64,000 nt of DNA, taken from positions 608,001 to 672,000 of the forward strand of contig CAWHVC010000001.1 of assembly GCA_963832745.1 (NCBI GenBank). Reading direction: 5' to 3'. This DNA is from Candidatus Bathyarchaeota archaeon (GTDB lineage Archaea; Thermoproteota; Bathyarchaeia; Bathyarchaeales; Bathycorpusculaceae). Made by a program: the position numbers and the translations under genes. Under the pieces are notes generated by a model. That model ran no database searches. It saw only the letters and a program-made list of their open reading frames with translations, and was not told the DNA's origin. Below, in pieces: positions 40,522 to 49,888 of the stretch (its first letter is position 1; every line of letters begins with the position of its first letter).

Positions 40522-41414
40522 AGAGGATTAGTCGCCTCCACTTTAAGTTCCTGATCTATTGAACTGTAGATGCTTATTTGCTGATTCACTTCAGAGACGG
40601 CTTTAAGCAGGATAGGGTTGAAGCCTTTTGACAAGCTGAAATTGATGAATGCAGCTAAATCTTTAGGTAGGCACATTCCACCAAAGGGTTTTCCGCCAAT
40701 GACTCCGTAGCTGCCAATTCGGGGGTCAAGAGCTGCGGTTTCCGCAATCAAGTTTGAGTCTAAGCCTAACTTGCGGCTTATCAGGTATATTTCGTTGAAA
40801 AAAGATATTTTTGCAGCCAAGAAAAGGTTAGATGTATACTTTATCATTTCAGCGGTATCTAAATCGGTAAAAACCAAGGGGCATCTGAGCGGTGAATAAA
40901 TCTTTTTCAGTACATCGCCTGATTTCTGGTTTAAGGCACCAATGACGATTCTGCTGGGGCTTAAGAAGTCTTTTAGGGGGCTTTGTTCGCGTAGAAATTC
41001 GGGGTTCATGCAGACGCCAAAGTCTTCTCCAGCTTTAAGGTTTGAAAGGTCCTCTATGAGGGGTATAAGTTTAGTTCTGGTTGTTTGCGGGGGAATAGTG
41101 CTTCTGAAAACTAGTACTTTGTAGTTTTTGGTTTTTGTTAAGGCTTTAGCTATTGTTCGCGTGCAATCATTAATGTAGGTTAAATCTATTCTACCGTCAA
41201 CAGTGGGTGTGGGAACGCAGATAAAAATTGCTTCTGAACTGCTAATTGCATGCGCAATATTGTCGGTTGCTTCATAACCAGTATTTCGCAGTGCCAACAA
41301 TTTGTTTCGATCTATATCATGGAATAGGACTTTGTTACCGTTAAAAGCAAGACCCATTCCGGTGGCTTGACCAACTATGCCTGAACCAATTATAGAAATA
41401 TTCAATTTTTTCAC
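40518..41414 (-). CDS. UDP-glucose/GDP-mannose dehydrogenase family, lacking the C-terminal domain
   Basis: GSGIVG, CVPTP, RST, NPEFLRE, AEMIKY.SN, FGGMCLPKD; 298 aa. Confidence 0.88.
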   Translation of the reverse strand: MKKLNISIIGSGIVGQATGMGLAFNGNKVLFHDIDRNKLLALRNTGYEATDNIAHAISSSEAIFICVPTPTVDGRIDLTYINDCTRTIAKALTKTKNYKVLVFRSTIPPQTTRTKLIPLIEDLSNLKAGEDFGVCMNPEFLREQSPLKDFLSPSRIVIGALNQKSGDVLKKIYSPLRCPLVFTDLDTAEMIKYTSNLFLAAKISFFNEIYLISRKLGLDSNLIAETAALDPRIGSYGVIGGKPFGGMCLPKDLAAFINFSLSKGFNPILLKAVSEVNQQISIYSSIDQELKVEATNPL

Positions 41415-42154
41415 TTTCCTCTCAAAAAATCGTTTTTTCTTAATTCAAAGAAACTTTCCTTGATTATTCGATTAAAAATGGCAAAACCGTGCCTTAACTT
41501 CAGTTTTTTGTCACCGACACGCTTACGATACGGAATATCAATCTCTTTTATCCGATAATTCTGCAATTCAACATGATGATTCAATTCGACTTCAATGTCA
41601 AAACCTTTTGATTTCGGAGACCAATCCTTTAATGCGCTCCAGCGGATAACTCGAAGGCCAGTTAGGGGGTCATTAAGTTCTATGCCGTTCATGAGGTTGT
41701 GTGCAAAAGCCAACATTTTGTTTCCTAAATAGAACATTTTTCCGCCAGTGATACATGGTAGATGCGAGTTGAAACGGTTGCCGCATACCATTCCGACTTG
41801 GGGGTTTTCTTCAAGGATCCTTATCATTTGTGGTACGTATTCAGCTGGGTATGTGTAGTCGGCGTCGGTTAAAATTACGTAATCAATTTGGTCTTTGTTC
41901 ACATGGTTTAACGCGTAATTGATTGCGTTACCCTTGCCTTTGCCTGTTTGAAAAACAACGTCTGCGCCTAAGCTTCGTGCTACATCTACTGTTCTGTCCT
42001 TGCTGTGACCGTCTACGACAAGAAAGTGCGGCGTTCGAAAATCGTTAAGGTAATGTTTTAACTCGGTTATTGTGTATCCTATGCCTTCTTCTTCGTTTAA
42101 CGCAGCCAGTAAAACTAGAGTAGAAGAGGTTTCTACATTGGTTGTTATGCTCAA
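41411..42154 (-). CDS. Glycosyltransferase family 2 (DPM-like)
   Basis: ALNEE, VDGHSKDRT, GKG, DADYTYP; probable TTG start at 42154. Confidence 0.9.
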   Translation of the reverse strand: MSITTNVETSSTLVLLAALNEEEGIGYTITELKHYLNDFRTPHFLVVDGHSKDRTVDVARSLGADVVFQTGKGKGNAINYALNHVNKDQIDYVILTDADYTYPAEYVPQMIRILEENPQVGMVCGNRFNSHLPCITGGKMFYLGNKMLAFAHNLMNGIELNDPLTGLRVIRWSALKDWSPKSKGFDIEVELNHHVELQNYRIKEIDIPYRKRVGDKKLKLRHGFAIFNRIIKESFFELRKNDFLRGK

Positions 42155-42339
42155 AAGTCTACATGCCCCTTTGTTACACGACAAAGTGCTTTGCGTTTGA
42201 CACTGAAAAATTTTGAAAAAGAAGCCGCTTTTTAGCAGCATTAACGATTTTGCCGTTTTAAATCAGGCTGTCTGTCTCTCGCGTAGTAAGCGCTTTTGCC
42301 GTTGTATTTGATAGATAGGCAGGTTATCGGTTTAAAGGT

Positions 42340-42352
42340 ATGTGATTGTTAA
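42340..42352 (-). promoter_or_regulatory. Second TTRACAATCACAT motif upstream of the TATA box of the glycan operon
   Basis: ATGTGATTGTTAA, 3 nt from TTTAAA (42331-42336). Confidence 0.55.
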
Positions 42353-42489
42353 ATGCCTACAATAAGCTAAAATGTTCTAAAACGCATCGCTGATTTGTAT
42401 ATTGATTGTCTATGGGTATTTATTGTCAGGGCATTATTGTATATCCTTATAAATGGGCAAGTTATTTTTTGAGTACGGAGTTAACCGGT

Positions 42490-43707
42490 TTGATTATTAA
42501 CGACATCTTGGGCGTTATTTACGCTCCTCACAAAACATTCAAAAAAATTGCTGAAAACCCAAAATATTTGGGTGTCGCAATTATCATTGTGCTCTTTGTA
42601 GCCTTACAGACAACTTACTATTATAACTATTACTCGAAAATAAATTATGAACAAACCGTGCCACCGACTAACCAGTTGAGCGCATTTACCACCGCTAACG
42701 CTACTCAATGGATTATCATGCAAGGCACAACTGTAACGCAAAACACTGCAGACTTCATCAATCAAACCTATTATGGAAACAATAGTTTGCAGTTTGCCCT
42801 ATCTAACAGTAACAATTTAACGGCGACCCTTGAACAGTTCGGGTACACTGCAGACTGTGGAGAAAACGGTTTCCATAATTTAAGTATGAACATCAAACAG
42901 GTTTCCCCCAGTGTTGCTCCACAATCAGCCATTCTAACACTCTACACTGCCAACGGTACATCAAGCTATTTCACACTCGACATAACCTCAATGTTAACTG
43001 GCAACCTTGGCGAATGGAATAACCTAACAATCCCCGTTGGCACTTCAGAATGGCAAAGCAACAATTCACCAAACTGGTCAGAAGTAACCGGCTTAAAACT
43101 TGACTTAACTTATGCGTCATCTTCAGACATTACAATTCTGCTTCAAGGCGTTTTCTTCCATGGACAATTCTTAACACAAATTGAGGTCTTAGGCTTTGGA
43201 ACTTTCCTTGGTTTTGCAGCCTACTCAATCATTATACAAGCATTGTTCCAATGGATTATTCTTGCAGCAGTATCCTACCTGATTCTCAAAGGATTAAAAG
43301 CAGTTAACGTTGTTTGGAGACCCCTCTTCATTGCAATGGGCTTTGTACTCATGGTACTTGTCGTCACATCAGTAATCGCGTTGCTGGGCTCTCTTACATT
43401 GCCAACCGTCTATTACCCCTACGATTTCCCGCCTTACGCATCACTAATTTACCCTGACTTCATCATCAACGGAGCATCACCCTCTTCACAAGCAGCATAC
43501 CAGTCAATAGTTGCAGCAACAGCTACCTACACAACCATTAGCACCGCAATCACCGTAATCATGTACGTATGGCAAGTCGTCCTCGTCACCTTCGCAGTAA
43601 AAGCAGTCTCAGGATTCTCATACGCTAAAAGCATCTTAACCGCAGTGGGCGCAGTAATCCTAACGGTCTTAATACTAAGCCTGCTATCTGCAATAGGCCT
43701 AATTTAA
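42490..43707 (+). CDS. Yip1-family membrane protein with a large extracellular insertion
   Basis: GVIYAPHKTFKKI N-terminus, AVKAVSGFSYAKS C-terminus, WNNLTIP...PNWSEVTGL CBM-like insert; TTG start after GGAG. Confidence 0.75.
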   Translation: MIINDILGVIYAPHKTFKKIAENPKYLGVAIIIVLFVALQTTYYYNYYSKINYEQTVPPTNQLSAFTTANATQWIIMQGTTVTQNTADFINQTYYGNNSLQFALSNSNNLTATLEQFGYTADCGENGFHNLSMNIKQVSPSVAPQSAILTLYTANGTSSYFTLDITSMLTGNLGEWNNLTIPVGTSEWQSNNSPNWSEVTGLKLDLTYASSSDITILLQGVFFHGQFLTQIEVLGFGTFLGFAAYSIIIQALFQWIILAAVSYLILKGLKAVNVVWRPLFIAMGFVLMVLVVTSVIALLGSLTLPTVYYPYDFPPYASLIYPDFIINGASPSSQAAYQSIVAATATYTTISTAITVIMYVWQVVLVTFAVKAVSGFSYAKSILTAVGAVILTVLILSLLSAIGLI

Positions 43708-43899
43708 GGCAAGGGTGTAGGCGAAAGCCAAACCCAAAACTTTTCTTTTTACTTTTTTTGAATGCTTGTTTTTACGGTTTTTTCTAGTTTTCCTGCGGCT
43801 GCTTGAACTGGGTTAGCAAGATTTATATTGATTGAGAACTTTTTTGCAAGTGAACTTTAAGCAATCAATTAGACAATAACACAGGTGAAAAGAGTGAGT

Positions 43900-44190
43900 A
43901 TGCAAATTAAAGACCTCCGTGATGGAGCCAAACGCGTCAACGTCGAAGCCAAAGTTGTAGAAAAAGGCGACGTAAGAGAAGTAAGATCAAAATTTGGCGA
44001 TGCGACATACAAAATTGTTGACGCCGTTGTTGCAGACGAAACAGGCAGCATAAAGTTGACTCTGTGGAACGACCAAATTGAACAAGTAAACGTAGGCGAC
44101 AACATAAAAATCGACAACGGCTACGTTACAAGCTTCAAGGGCGAAATCCAACTAAACGTTGGTAAATTCGGCAAATTAACAGTCGGATAA
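43900..44190 (+). CDS. ssb: Single OB-fold single-stranded DNA-binding protein
   Basis: IKDL...VNV.AKV, VADETGSIKLTLW, NGYVTSFKGEIQLNVGKFG. Confidence 0.9.
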   Translation: MQIKDLRDGAKRVNVEAKVVEKGDVREVRSKFGDATYKIVDAVVADETGSIKLTLWNDQIEQVNVGDNIKIDNGYVTSFKGEIQLNVGKFGKLTVG

Positions 44191-44288
44191 AACGCCACAA
44201 ATTTTTAACTCTAAAAATTTTATATTATTATTTTCTCTATATCAAAAAAGATTTGGCAGCATTCTTGCCGCCCTTAAAAAGAAGTGTT

Positions 44289-45251
44289 TTAGCTGGTTTT
44301 TAAGTCATCCATGAATTCGCTTAAGTCAACAACAGAGTTGCCGTTTTCGTCTTTGAGTTTCTGTTTTGCCGGCGGATTTTCCCGATAGAACGGTATGCGG
44401 TGTACAATGCGGTCTTCATATGTTGGTTCAAGTTCGTTCTTGTAGAAGACGCCGATTGGGATTCTGTCGTCCCATTCACAGGTTTTTGCTAAAGCAGCAG
44501 TTCTCTTCTGGAAATCTTCTTCCCACGATTTAACCACCGGGTCAAATCCTTCGTCATCCAACTTGTAAAGTCGCGGTTGAGGTTTGCCGTTGGCATCTTT
44601 TCTATCCATTCCAGCATACCAGTCCTTAGTTGTGATATCGTTGTAGCTGGGGCAAGGCTGCAAACATTCAATCAAAGCTAACCCTTTGTGCTGAATGCCT
44701 CGTTTAATCGTATCTTTAAGATGCATTAAATCAAAAGCGTAGGAGCGTGCTGCAAAGGTAAAGCCTGAAGTGATTGCCAACGCAATTGGGTTAACTGCTT
44801 CGTTAATGTTTGGTTTGGGTAACGCTTTGGTTTTCATGTCTAGCCGCAGTGTTGGGGAAGCCTGACCTTTGGTTAAACCGTAAACTCCGTTGTTGTGGAT
44901 GATGTAGGTCATGTCAAGGTTGCGTCTGCCTGCGTTAACAAAATGTCCAGCGCCAATACCTAAGCCGTCACCGTCACCACCTATGGCGACCACGGTTAAG
45001 TCGGGGTTAGCGATTTTGATGCCTAACGAGAACGGTAAGGTTCTGCCGTGCAGGGTGTGAACACCGTATGTTTTAACGTTATGGGGTTCTTTTCCTGAGC
45101 AGCCAATTCCTGAAACAGTAACCACTTGGTGTGGCTGTAAGCTAAGCTCTGCAAAAGACATCTGCAACGCGTTCATTATGGCGAAGTCGCCACATCCGGG
45201 ACACCAATCGGCATAAACGTCTGTACGGAAGTCTGAAGGTTTAAGAGCCAA
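44289..45251 (-). CDS. korB: 2-oxoacid:ferredoxin oxidoreductase beta subunit
   Basis: WCPGCGD, SGIGCS, HTLHGR, GGDGD TPP motif, [11 protein letters not shown]. Confidence 0.93.
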   Translation of the reverse strand: MALKPSDFRTDVYADWCPGCGDFAIMNALQMSFAELSLQPHQVVTVSGIGCSGKEPHNVKTYGVHTLHGRTLPFSLGIKIANPDLTVVAIGGDGDGLGIGAGHFVNAGRRNLDMTYIIHNNGVYGLTKGQASPTLRLDMKTKALPKPNINEAVNPIALAITSGFTFAARSYAFDLMHLKDTIKRGIQHKGLALIECLQPCPSYNDITTKDWYAGMDRKDANGKPQPRLYKLDDEGFDPVVKSWEEDFQKRTAALAKTCEWDDRIPIGVFYKNELEPTYEDRIVHRIPFYRENPPAKQKLKDENGNSVVDLSEFMDDLKTS

Positions 45252-47161
45252 ACATCAACACCTCTCTTTCTTTTGCTTTACCGGTTAAAACTGCTCGAAG
45301 AGCGTTTTGTACTTCGGTAACTGTCATGGGACGACCCGTATACTTTAGGATATGATGGGTAGGGCTGATTCCTGTGTTCTCTTTCACGATAATTCCAAGT
45401 TGACCCAGATAGTTGTGTTCAATGTCGATTATGCGTTTTTTGCCTTCTAAAACTGAGCGTACTTTAGCTGCAGGCAGGGGGTGAATCATACGAACCTGCA
45501 TGAAACCGCAGCTTAAACCTTCCTCTTTAAGGTTGTCTATAGCTTCAATTATGGCTCCTTTAGGCGAACCCCAACTAAACACAATGTTCTCAGAATTCAT
45601 GTCGCCATAAAAGTTGAGTTTTTCTTCCATGGGTACTTCACGGTCAATCAGCAATATTCTGCTCATACGCTTCTCCATCATTTTACACCTGTTTAACGGG
45701 TTTTCGCTTATGTGACCTTCCTCGTTGCGTTCATCGCCAACATACCAGCAAACCGCATTATTGGTGCCGAGAAACGCACGTGGGGAAATGCCGTTTTCAG
45801 TTAGTTTAAAGCGCATGTAGTTTTTGCCTTCAAGGTCTTTTTCGGTTACGATGTCTCCACGGTCAATCTTAAAATCCTTATAATCAAACACATGGATAGG
45901 TTTGTGAACAGTTTGCTGCTGCTTTATCCATCAAATGAATCACTGGAACCTGAAACTTTTCTGCCAAATTGAATACTTTAGCGGCATCAAAGAAGCATTC
46001 TTGGATGTCCCCAGAGGCAAGAACTATTCTTGGGAATTCACCGTGGCCTGCCCGAATTACAAAAAGTAAGTCTTGCTGTCCATGCCTTGTTGGCAAGCCT
46101 GTTGCACCGCCTCCACGTTGATAATATGATATTACCACGGGAACTTCGTTCATGCCAGCCCAACTTAAACCTTCAACCATTAACGAGAAACCCGGTCCAG
46201 ACGTGGACGTTGCAGCTCTTGCACCGGCTAAACAGGCACCTGATGCAGAGTTTATTGCACAGATTTCGTCTTCTGTTTGAACAACAATTATTCCTTCGTC
46301 GCCTTTTCGGGTTTTGAGGATTTCGTGGGCTTCAAGGTATTCGCTTTCGTCTGCCGCTGGTGTAATAGGGTAGTAGGTTTGTACTCTGCATCCGCCAAGC
46401 ACTTTGCCCATTGCTACGGCTTGGTTTCCGTTAACAAAGATTCTTGGTTCTGTCGTGTCTTGTTTTTCAAGTTTATGGTTAAAGTTGCCTTTGAAATTAG
46501 CAACGGCATAATCATATGCGATATCCAAAGCGACAATGTTCATTTCAGCAATCTTTTCATGGAACATCGCTCTTATTGAGTCTTCAACGAGTTTGCGGTC
46601 ATATTTTAGCATTGCAAAGGATATGCCGATGGTTAAAACGTTAATCATTTTTGTGAGCTTGCTTAGTTGGGGGACGTTGACTTTTTTGCTAAGCTGTTCT
46701 ATTAACTCCAAGTATGGCACTTCAAAAACTTCGACGCCGCGTTTCCTGGCATGGTCAAGCCAATCCTTGATGGTTTCGCCGAGGTTTTGCTCTTTCATGT
46801 ACGCGGCCAATTGGTCTTTATACTCAAAGGGGAACGTTGCAATATCCATTACTTTAACGTTAACAGCTTTAGAATCAACAATCACTGCTCCGCCAGACAT
46901 TACCTCGTCAAGATGCCTAACTACTGTTTCAGCGTCAAACGCCGCCAGCAAGTTGACATCGTTAACATTGGCTAATGTTGGAGTTTTGGATATTCGTAGG
47001 TGAAAATAGCTGTGCAGACCTTTAATGTTGGAATGGTATTCTCTGCGGCCAAAAACGAAAAGTCCGCCGTAACCGCAGGCTTTACCAAAAATGTTAGCGG
47101 CAGTATCTACGCCTGCGCCTTGGGGCCCGCCAGCCATCCAGTTTATACTCTCTATTGTCAA
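45241..47161 (-). CDS. korA: 2-oxoacid:ferredoxin oxidoreductase alpha subunit (gamma-alpha fusion); one frameshift near 45890
   Basis: [35 protein letters not shown]; removing one base joins the two ORFs. Confidence 0.9.
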
Positions 47162-47208
47162 ATCATTTTCACTCCTGAAGCAAACACTTTCTTTTTTTGA
47201 TTGACGGT

Positions 47209-47343
47209 TTATCCGCCTGTTGCCTTATCGCTGCCTATACAGCAGGTGCAACTATAGGTTTCCCCACAGTATGGGCAAACGCAGCTACAATCGTCAATAA
47301 AGTTTCCACAATTCTCGCAACGGGGACGCTCTTCTTCAGACAT
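47209..47343 (-). CDS. 44-aa cysteine-rich peptide with C-terminal Gly-Gly
   Basis: MSEEERPRCENCGNFIDDCSCVCPYCGETYSCTCCIGSDKATGG; differences from the copy at 49570 are mostly synonymous or conservative, supporting coding. Confidence 0.8.
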   Translation of the reverse strand: MSEEERPRCENCGNFIDDCSCVCPYCGETYSCTCCIGSDKATGG

Positions 47344-47503
47344 CCAATTGCGCCTTCTACAACCAATGTTTTGTTTTAAAAGCATAATTAATGTTTCGGA
47401 ACAACCCCTAAACACCCAAACGGTAACAAGACTATTTTACAACCTTTTGCCGCCTATTTGGAGCCTATGAGAAACTCATTTGCAGAAATCTATAGGGGTA
47501 GGT
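47267..47503. repeat. Left copy of a diverged ~240-bp direct repeat (5' part of the peptide gene, its promoter and a YCTAT element)
   Basis: Aligns with 49494-49731, e.g. GCAGCTACAATCGTCAATAAAGTTTCCACAATTCTCGCAA and ATAATTAATGTTTCGGAACAACC. Confidence 0.85.
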
Positions 47504-47616
47504 GGTATGACGTTTTTTAGCCTAATGCAGTTTTATGCCAGCAAATTTTGAATTGTTTTTTGTATTTTGGGTTTCTACAAACCCGAAACGCCTCAACTAT
47601 ACCGATTACTGCAGGG

Positions 47617-48834
47617 TTACTTTTGGTAGTATACGTCATTACCACTTTGACTAGCTGTGTTGCCTGAAACTTTGCCTCCAGACGAATCAAAACTGCCGTT
47701 CCCAACATACACACCACCGCCATAATTTGCCGTGTTACCAGAAATCACACCACCACTCATATTGAACTCATCATCACTGCACACACCGCCACCAAGATTA
47801 CCTGCTGTATTGTTAGAAATCACACCGCCAGACATCTTAAAAGCACTAAACATAAAATAGTTAAGCACACCACCACCCTTATCCCATGCAACATTATCAG
47901 AAATCACACCACCACTCATACTAACAGTACCATAAAAATTGTATACACCACCACCAACGCTGGCTGTGTTGCCACAAATAACTCCACCATCTAAACTAAC
48001 TATACTCCACCTGTTAAACACGCCACCACCCCTAAACTCGGCAGTGTTACCAGAAATTTCACCACCAATCATACTAAAATTAAAAGCATTAAACACGCCA
48101 CCACCACCCAAACTAACCTCGTCATGATTATACACGACACTACTATTACCTACTGTGTTGCCAGTAATTTTGCCGCCAGTCATTTCAAACGTGCCATAGT
48201 TAAGTACGCCGCCCCCACCAATGTAAGCTGTGTTGCTAGAGATTTCACCACCAATCATACTAAAATTTCCTAAATTTACCACGCCACCACCCCACTCTCC
48301 ATTAGGCGTCATATAATCCTTAGGCATAGTGTTATTACAAATCACACCACTATACAATATTAATGCACCATCAAAATCGACAAATACCCCGCTACCATAA
48401 ACACCCTTTTCATGGGTCACAACAACACCATCAAGTCGCAACACACCATCAGTCTCAACAATGATAGCGCTCTGATTATTTGCACCAATCAACTTGTAAA
48501 ACCCATTCGCTATATTGTTGCTTGTTAGGGTGATGTTTTTGTTTGTTGGAATGATAAATGGTTTTGTAAGTTGGATATCGCTGTCAAGAGTGATAACGGC
48601 GGATTTTGCATTGTTATTAACTGCCGCTCTTAGTTCAGTTTCAGACGTAGTTGTTATAAAGAGCGTTTCAGGAGTTTTGGTCTTAAAAGAAAAAGCACCA
48701 TTAAACACCAAAAATAAACAAGAAAGAACTAAGACTATGATGAACATTAGAGAAACAAAAAGCGAAACCTTTCTTCTGCCACTACTATGAATAGCGTGCA
48801 AATTAAATTTGAACCTAACATTTTTCACACTCAT
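47617..48834 (-). CDS. Membrane-anchored adhesin-like beta-helix protein with GGGV.N repeats
   Basis: N-terminal TM, about 8 repeats of GGGV.N...F.M.GG.IS.NTA. Confidence 0.8.
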   Translation of the reverse strand: MSVKNVRFKFNLHAIHSSGRRKVSLFVSLMFIIVLVLSCLFLVFNGAFSFKTKTPETLFITTTSETELRAAVNNNAKSAVITLDSDIQLTKPFIIPTNKNITLTSNNIANGFYKLIGANNQSAIIVETDGVLRLDGVVVTHEKGVYGSGVFVDFDGALILYSGVICNNTMPKDYMTPNGEWGGGVVNLGNFSMIGGEISSNTAYIGGGGVLNYGTFEMTGGKITGNTVGNSSVVYNHDEVSLGGGGVFNAFNFSMIGGEISGNTAEFRGGGVFNRWSIVSLDGGVICGNTASVGGGVYNFYGTVSMSGGVISDNVAWDKGGGVLNYFMFSAFKMSGGVISNNTAGNLGGGVCSDDEFNMSGGVISGNTANYGGGVYVGNGSFDSSGGKVSGNTASQSGNDVYYQK

Positions 48835-48900
48835 ACAGATAACCGCTACAGAGACACATCAGCAAACTTTGAAAAAATTAAACAAATAAAAAGAAAATAC

Positions 48901-49323
48901 TTAGTCACCGATTTGGGTGCCAGCAGATCTTGACTCATTTAGCGCAGATGCTAAAATACATTCGTATTCTCCAATTTGTACTATTAAGGTCTCATTTATC
49001 TCAGATGGCGACATATTTTGGTACTCTTCAAGGGATACTACTACAGGAGGCTCTGATGCAATAGGAATGTCTACAGGAACACCTGTTGTCAATCCAGCTG
49101 AAATCATCACATCATACATCCGTTCATACTCAGCAGCATCACCATTACTCACATACATAGCATACATTTGACAGAAATCTTCAAAACTTACTGGACGTTC
49201 TGAGTCATTTGAAGTAGCAGAAGCGCCCACAACCGCTACATAACTGCTACAAATCATCGTAGTTACGAGAGCAAAAACTATTGATAGCCGCAACAATTTA
49301 AAATTGCTAAATTTTTTGGGCAT
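48901..49323 (-). CDS. Hypothetical secreted protein, possibly truncated
   Basis: Signal peptide, 140 aa, own TATA (TTAAATA) near 49360. Confidence 0.6.
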   Translation of the reverse strand: MPKKFSNFKLLRLSIVFALVTTMICSSYVAVVGASATSNDSERPVSFEDFCQMYAMYVSNGDAAEYERMYDVMISAGLTTGVPVDIPIASEPPVVVSLEEYQNMSPSEINETLIVQIGEYECILASALNESRSAGTQIGD

Positions 49324-49471
49324 TTTGTATCAACAGTTTATCATTTAATAAATAGCCATATTTAAGTCTCCTAAAAGAACAGTCTGTTCTTTCTGGAGAA
49401 CAGTGTTTTTCTGTTGTTTCTACGGTAAAAAGCGCTACTATACAACTTTTTGTTATGCTGTACAAAAGAAT

Positions 49472-49570
49472 TTAAAATGCTCTCGCAACGCCGCAGTATG
49501 GGCATACGCAGCTACAATCGTCAATAAAGTTTCCACAATTCTCGCAAAGGGGACGATCTTCTTCGGACAT
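49472..49570 (-). pseudogene. 3'-truncated duplicate of the Cys-rich peptide gene
   Basis: MSEEDRPLCENCGNFIDDCSCVCPYCG then unrelated VARAF-stop. Confidence 0.8.
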
Positions 49571-49731
49571 CCAATTGCGCCTTCTACAGTCAAAGCAGTG
49601 TTTCTGAAATATAATTAATGTTTCGGAACAACCTCTAAAGCCATAATCGGTAACCCTGCTATTTAGCAACCTATTTGCCGCCTATTAGGATTCTATTAGT
49701 GATTCTATGTTGGAACCTATAGGGGGTAGGT
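49494..49731. repeat. Right copy of the diverged direct repeat
   Basis: Aligns with 47267-47503. Confidence 0.85.
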
Positions 49732-49820
49732 AGAAAACGGCGTCTATTTGGAGCCTAATAGAAAATCTATGCAGAAACCTATGGGGTCTAAAAAAATCCC
49801 TAAAAGGGGGTAGGTTCTAT
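49658..49820 (+). repeat. Tandem pair of phased-YCTAT elements
   Basis: Pentamers at 49658, 49670, 49681, 49692, 49704, 49716 and 49743, 49754, 49766, 49778; each block closes with GGGGGTAGGT. Confidence 0.75.
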
Positions 49821-49888
49821 TGGCTGAAAAACACGCCATTAACATGTTGAAAAACAGTAGAAAAGAAGAAGGCTGAAAAACAGCCGAT

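Noticed and set aside
10935-47161. Frameshifts in the DHPS-like gene, GH5 gene, GT-C gene, second giant protein and korA as programmed frameshifting or true pseudogenes
   Set aside because: Mostly single-base indels with no slippery heptamer or shared context, hitting housekeeping genes such as korA; long-read consensus error is more likely. Read mapping would settle it.
47640-48300. Regularly spaced CCACCACC repeats as a CRISPR-like array
   Set aside because: They encode GGGV beta-helix repeats in an open reading frame; no constant DNA repeat with unique spacers and no cas genes.
49658-49820. YCTAT arrays as a mini-CRISPR or Xer/dif site
   Set aside because: Units are degenerate 11-12-bp phases without spacers and do not match the 11-6-11 dif layout; kept only as an unexplained repeat.
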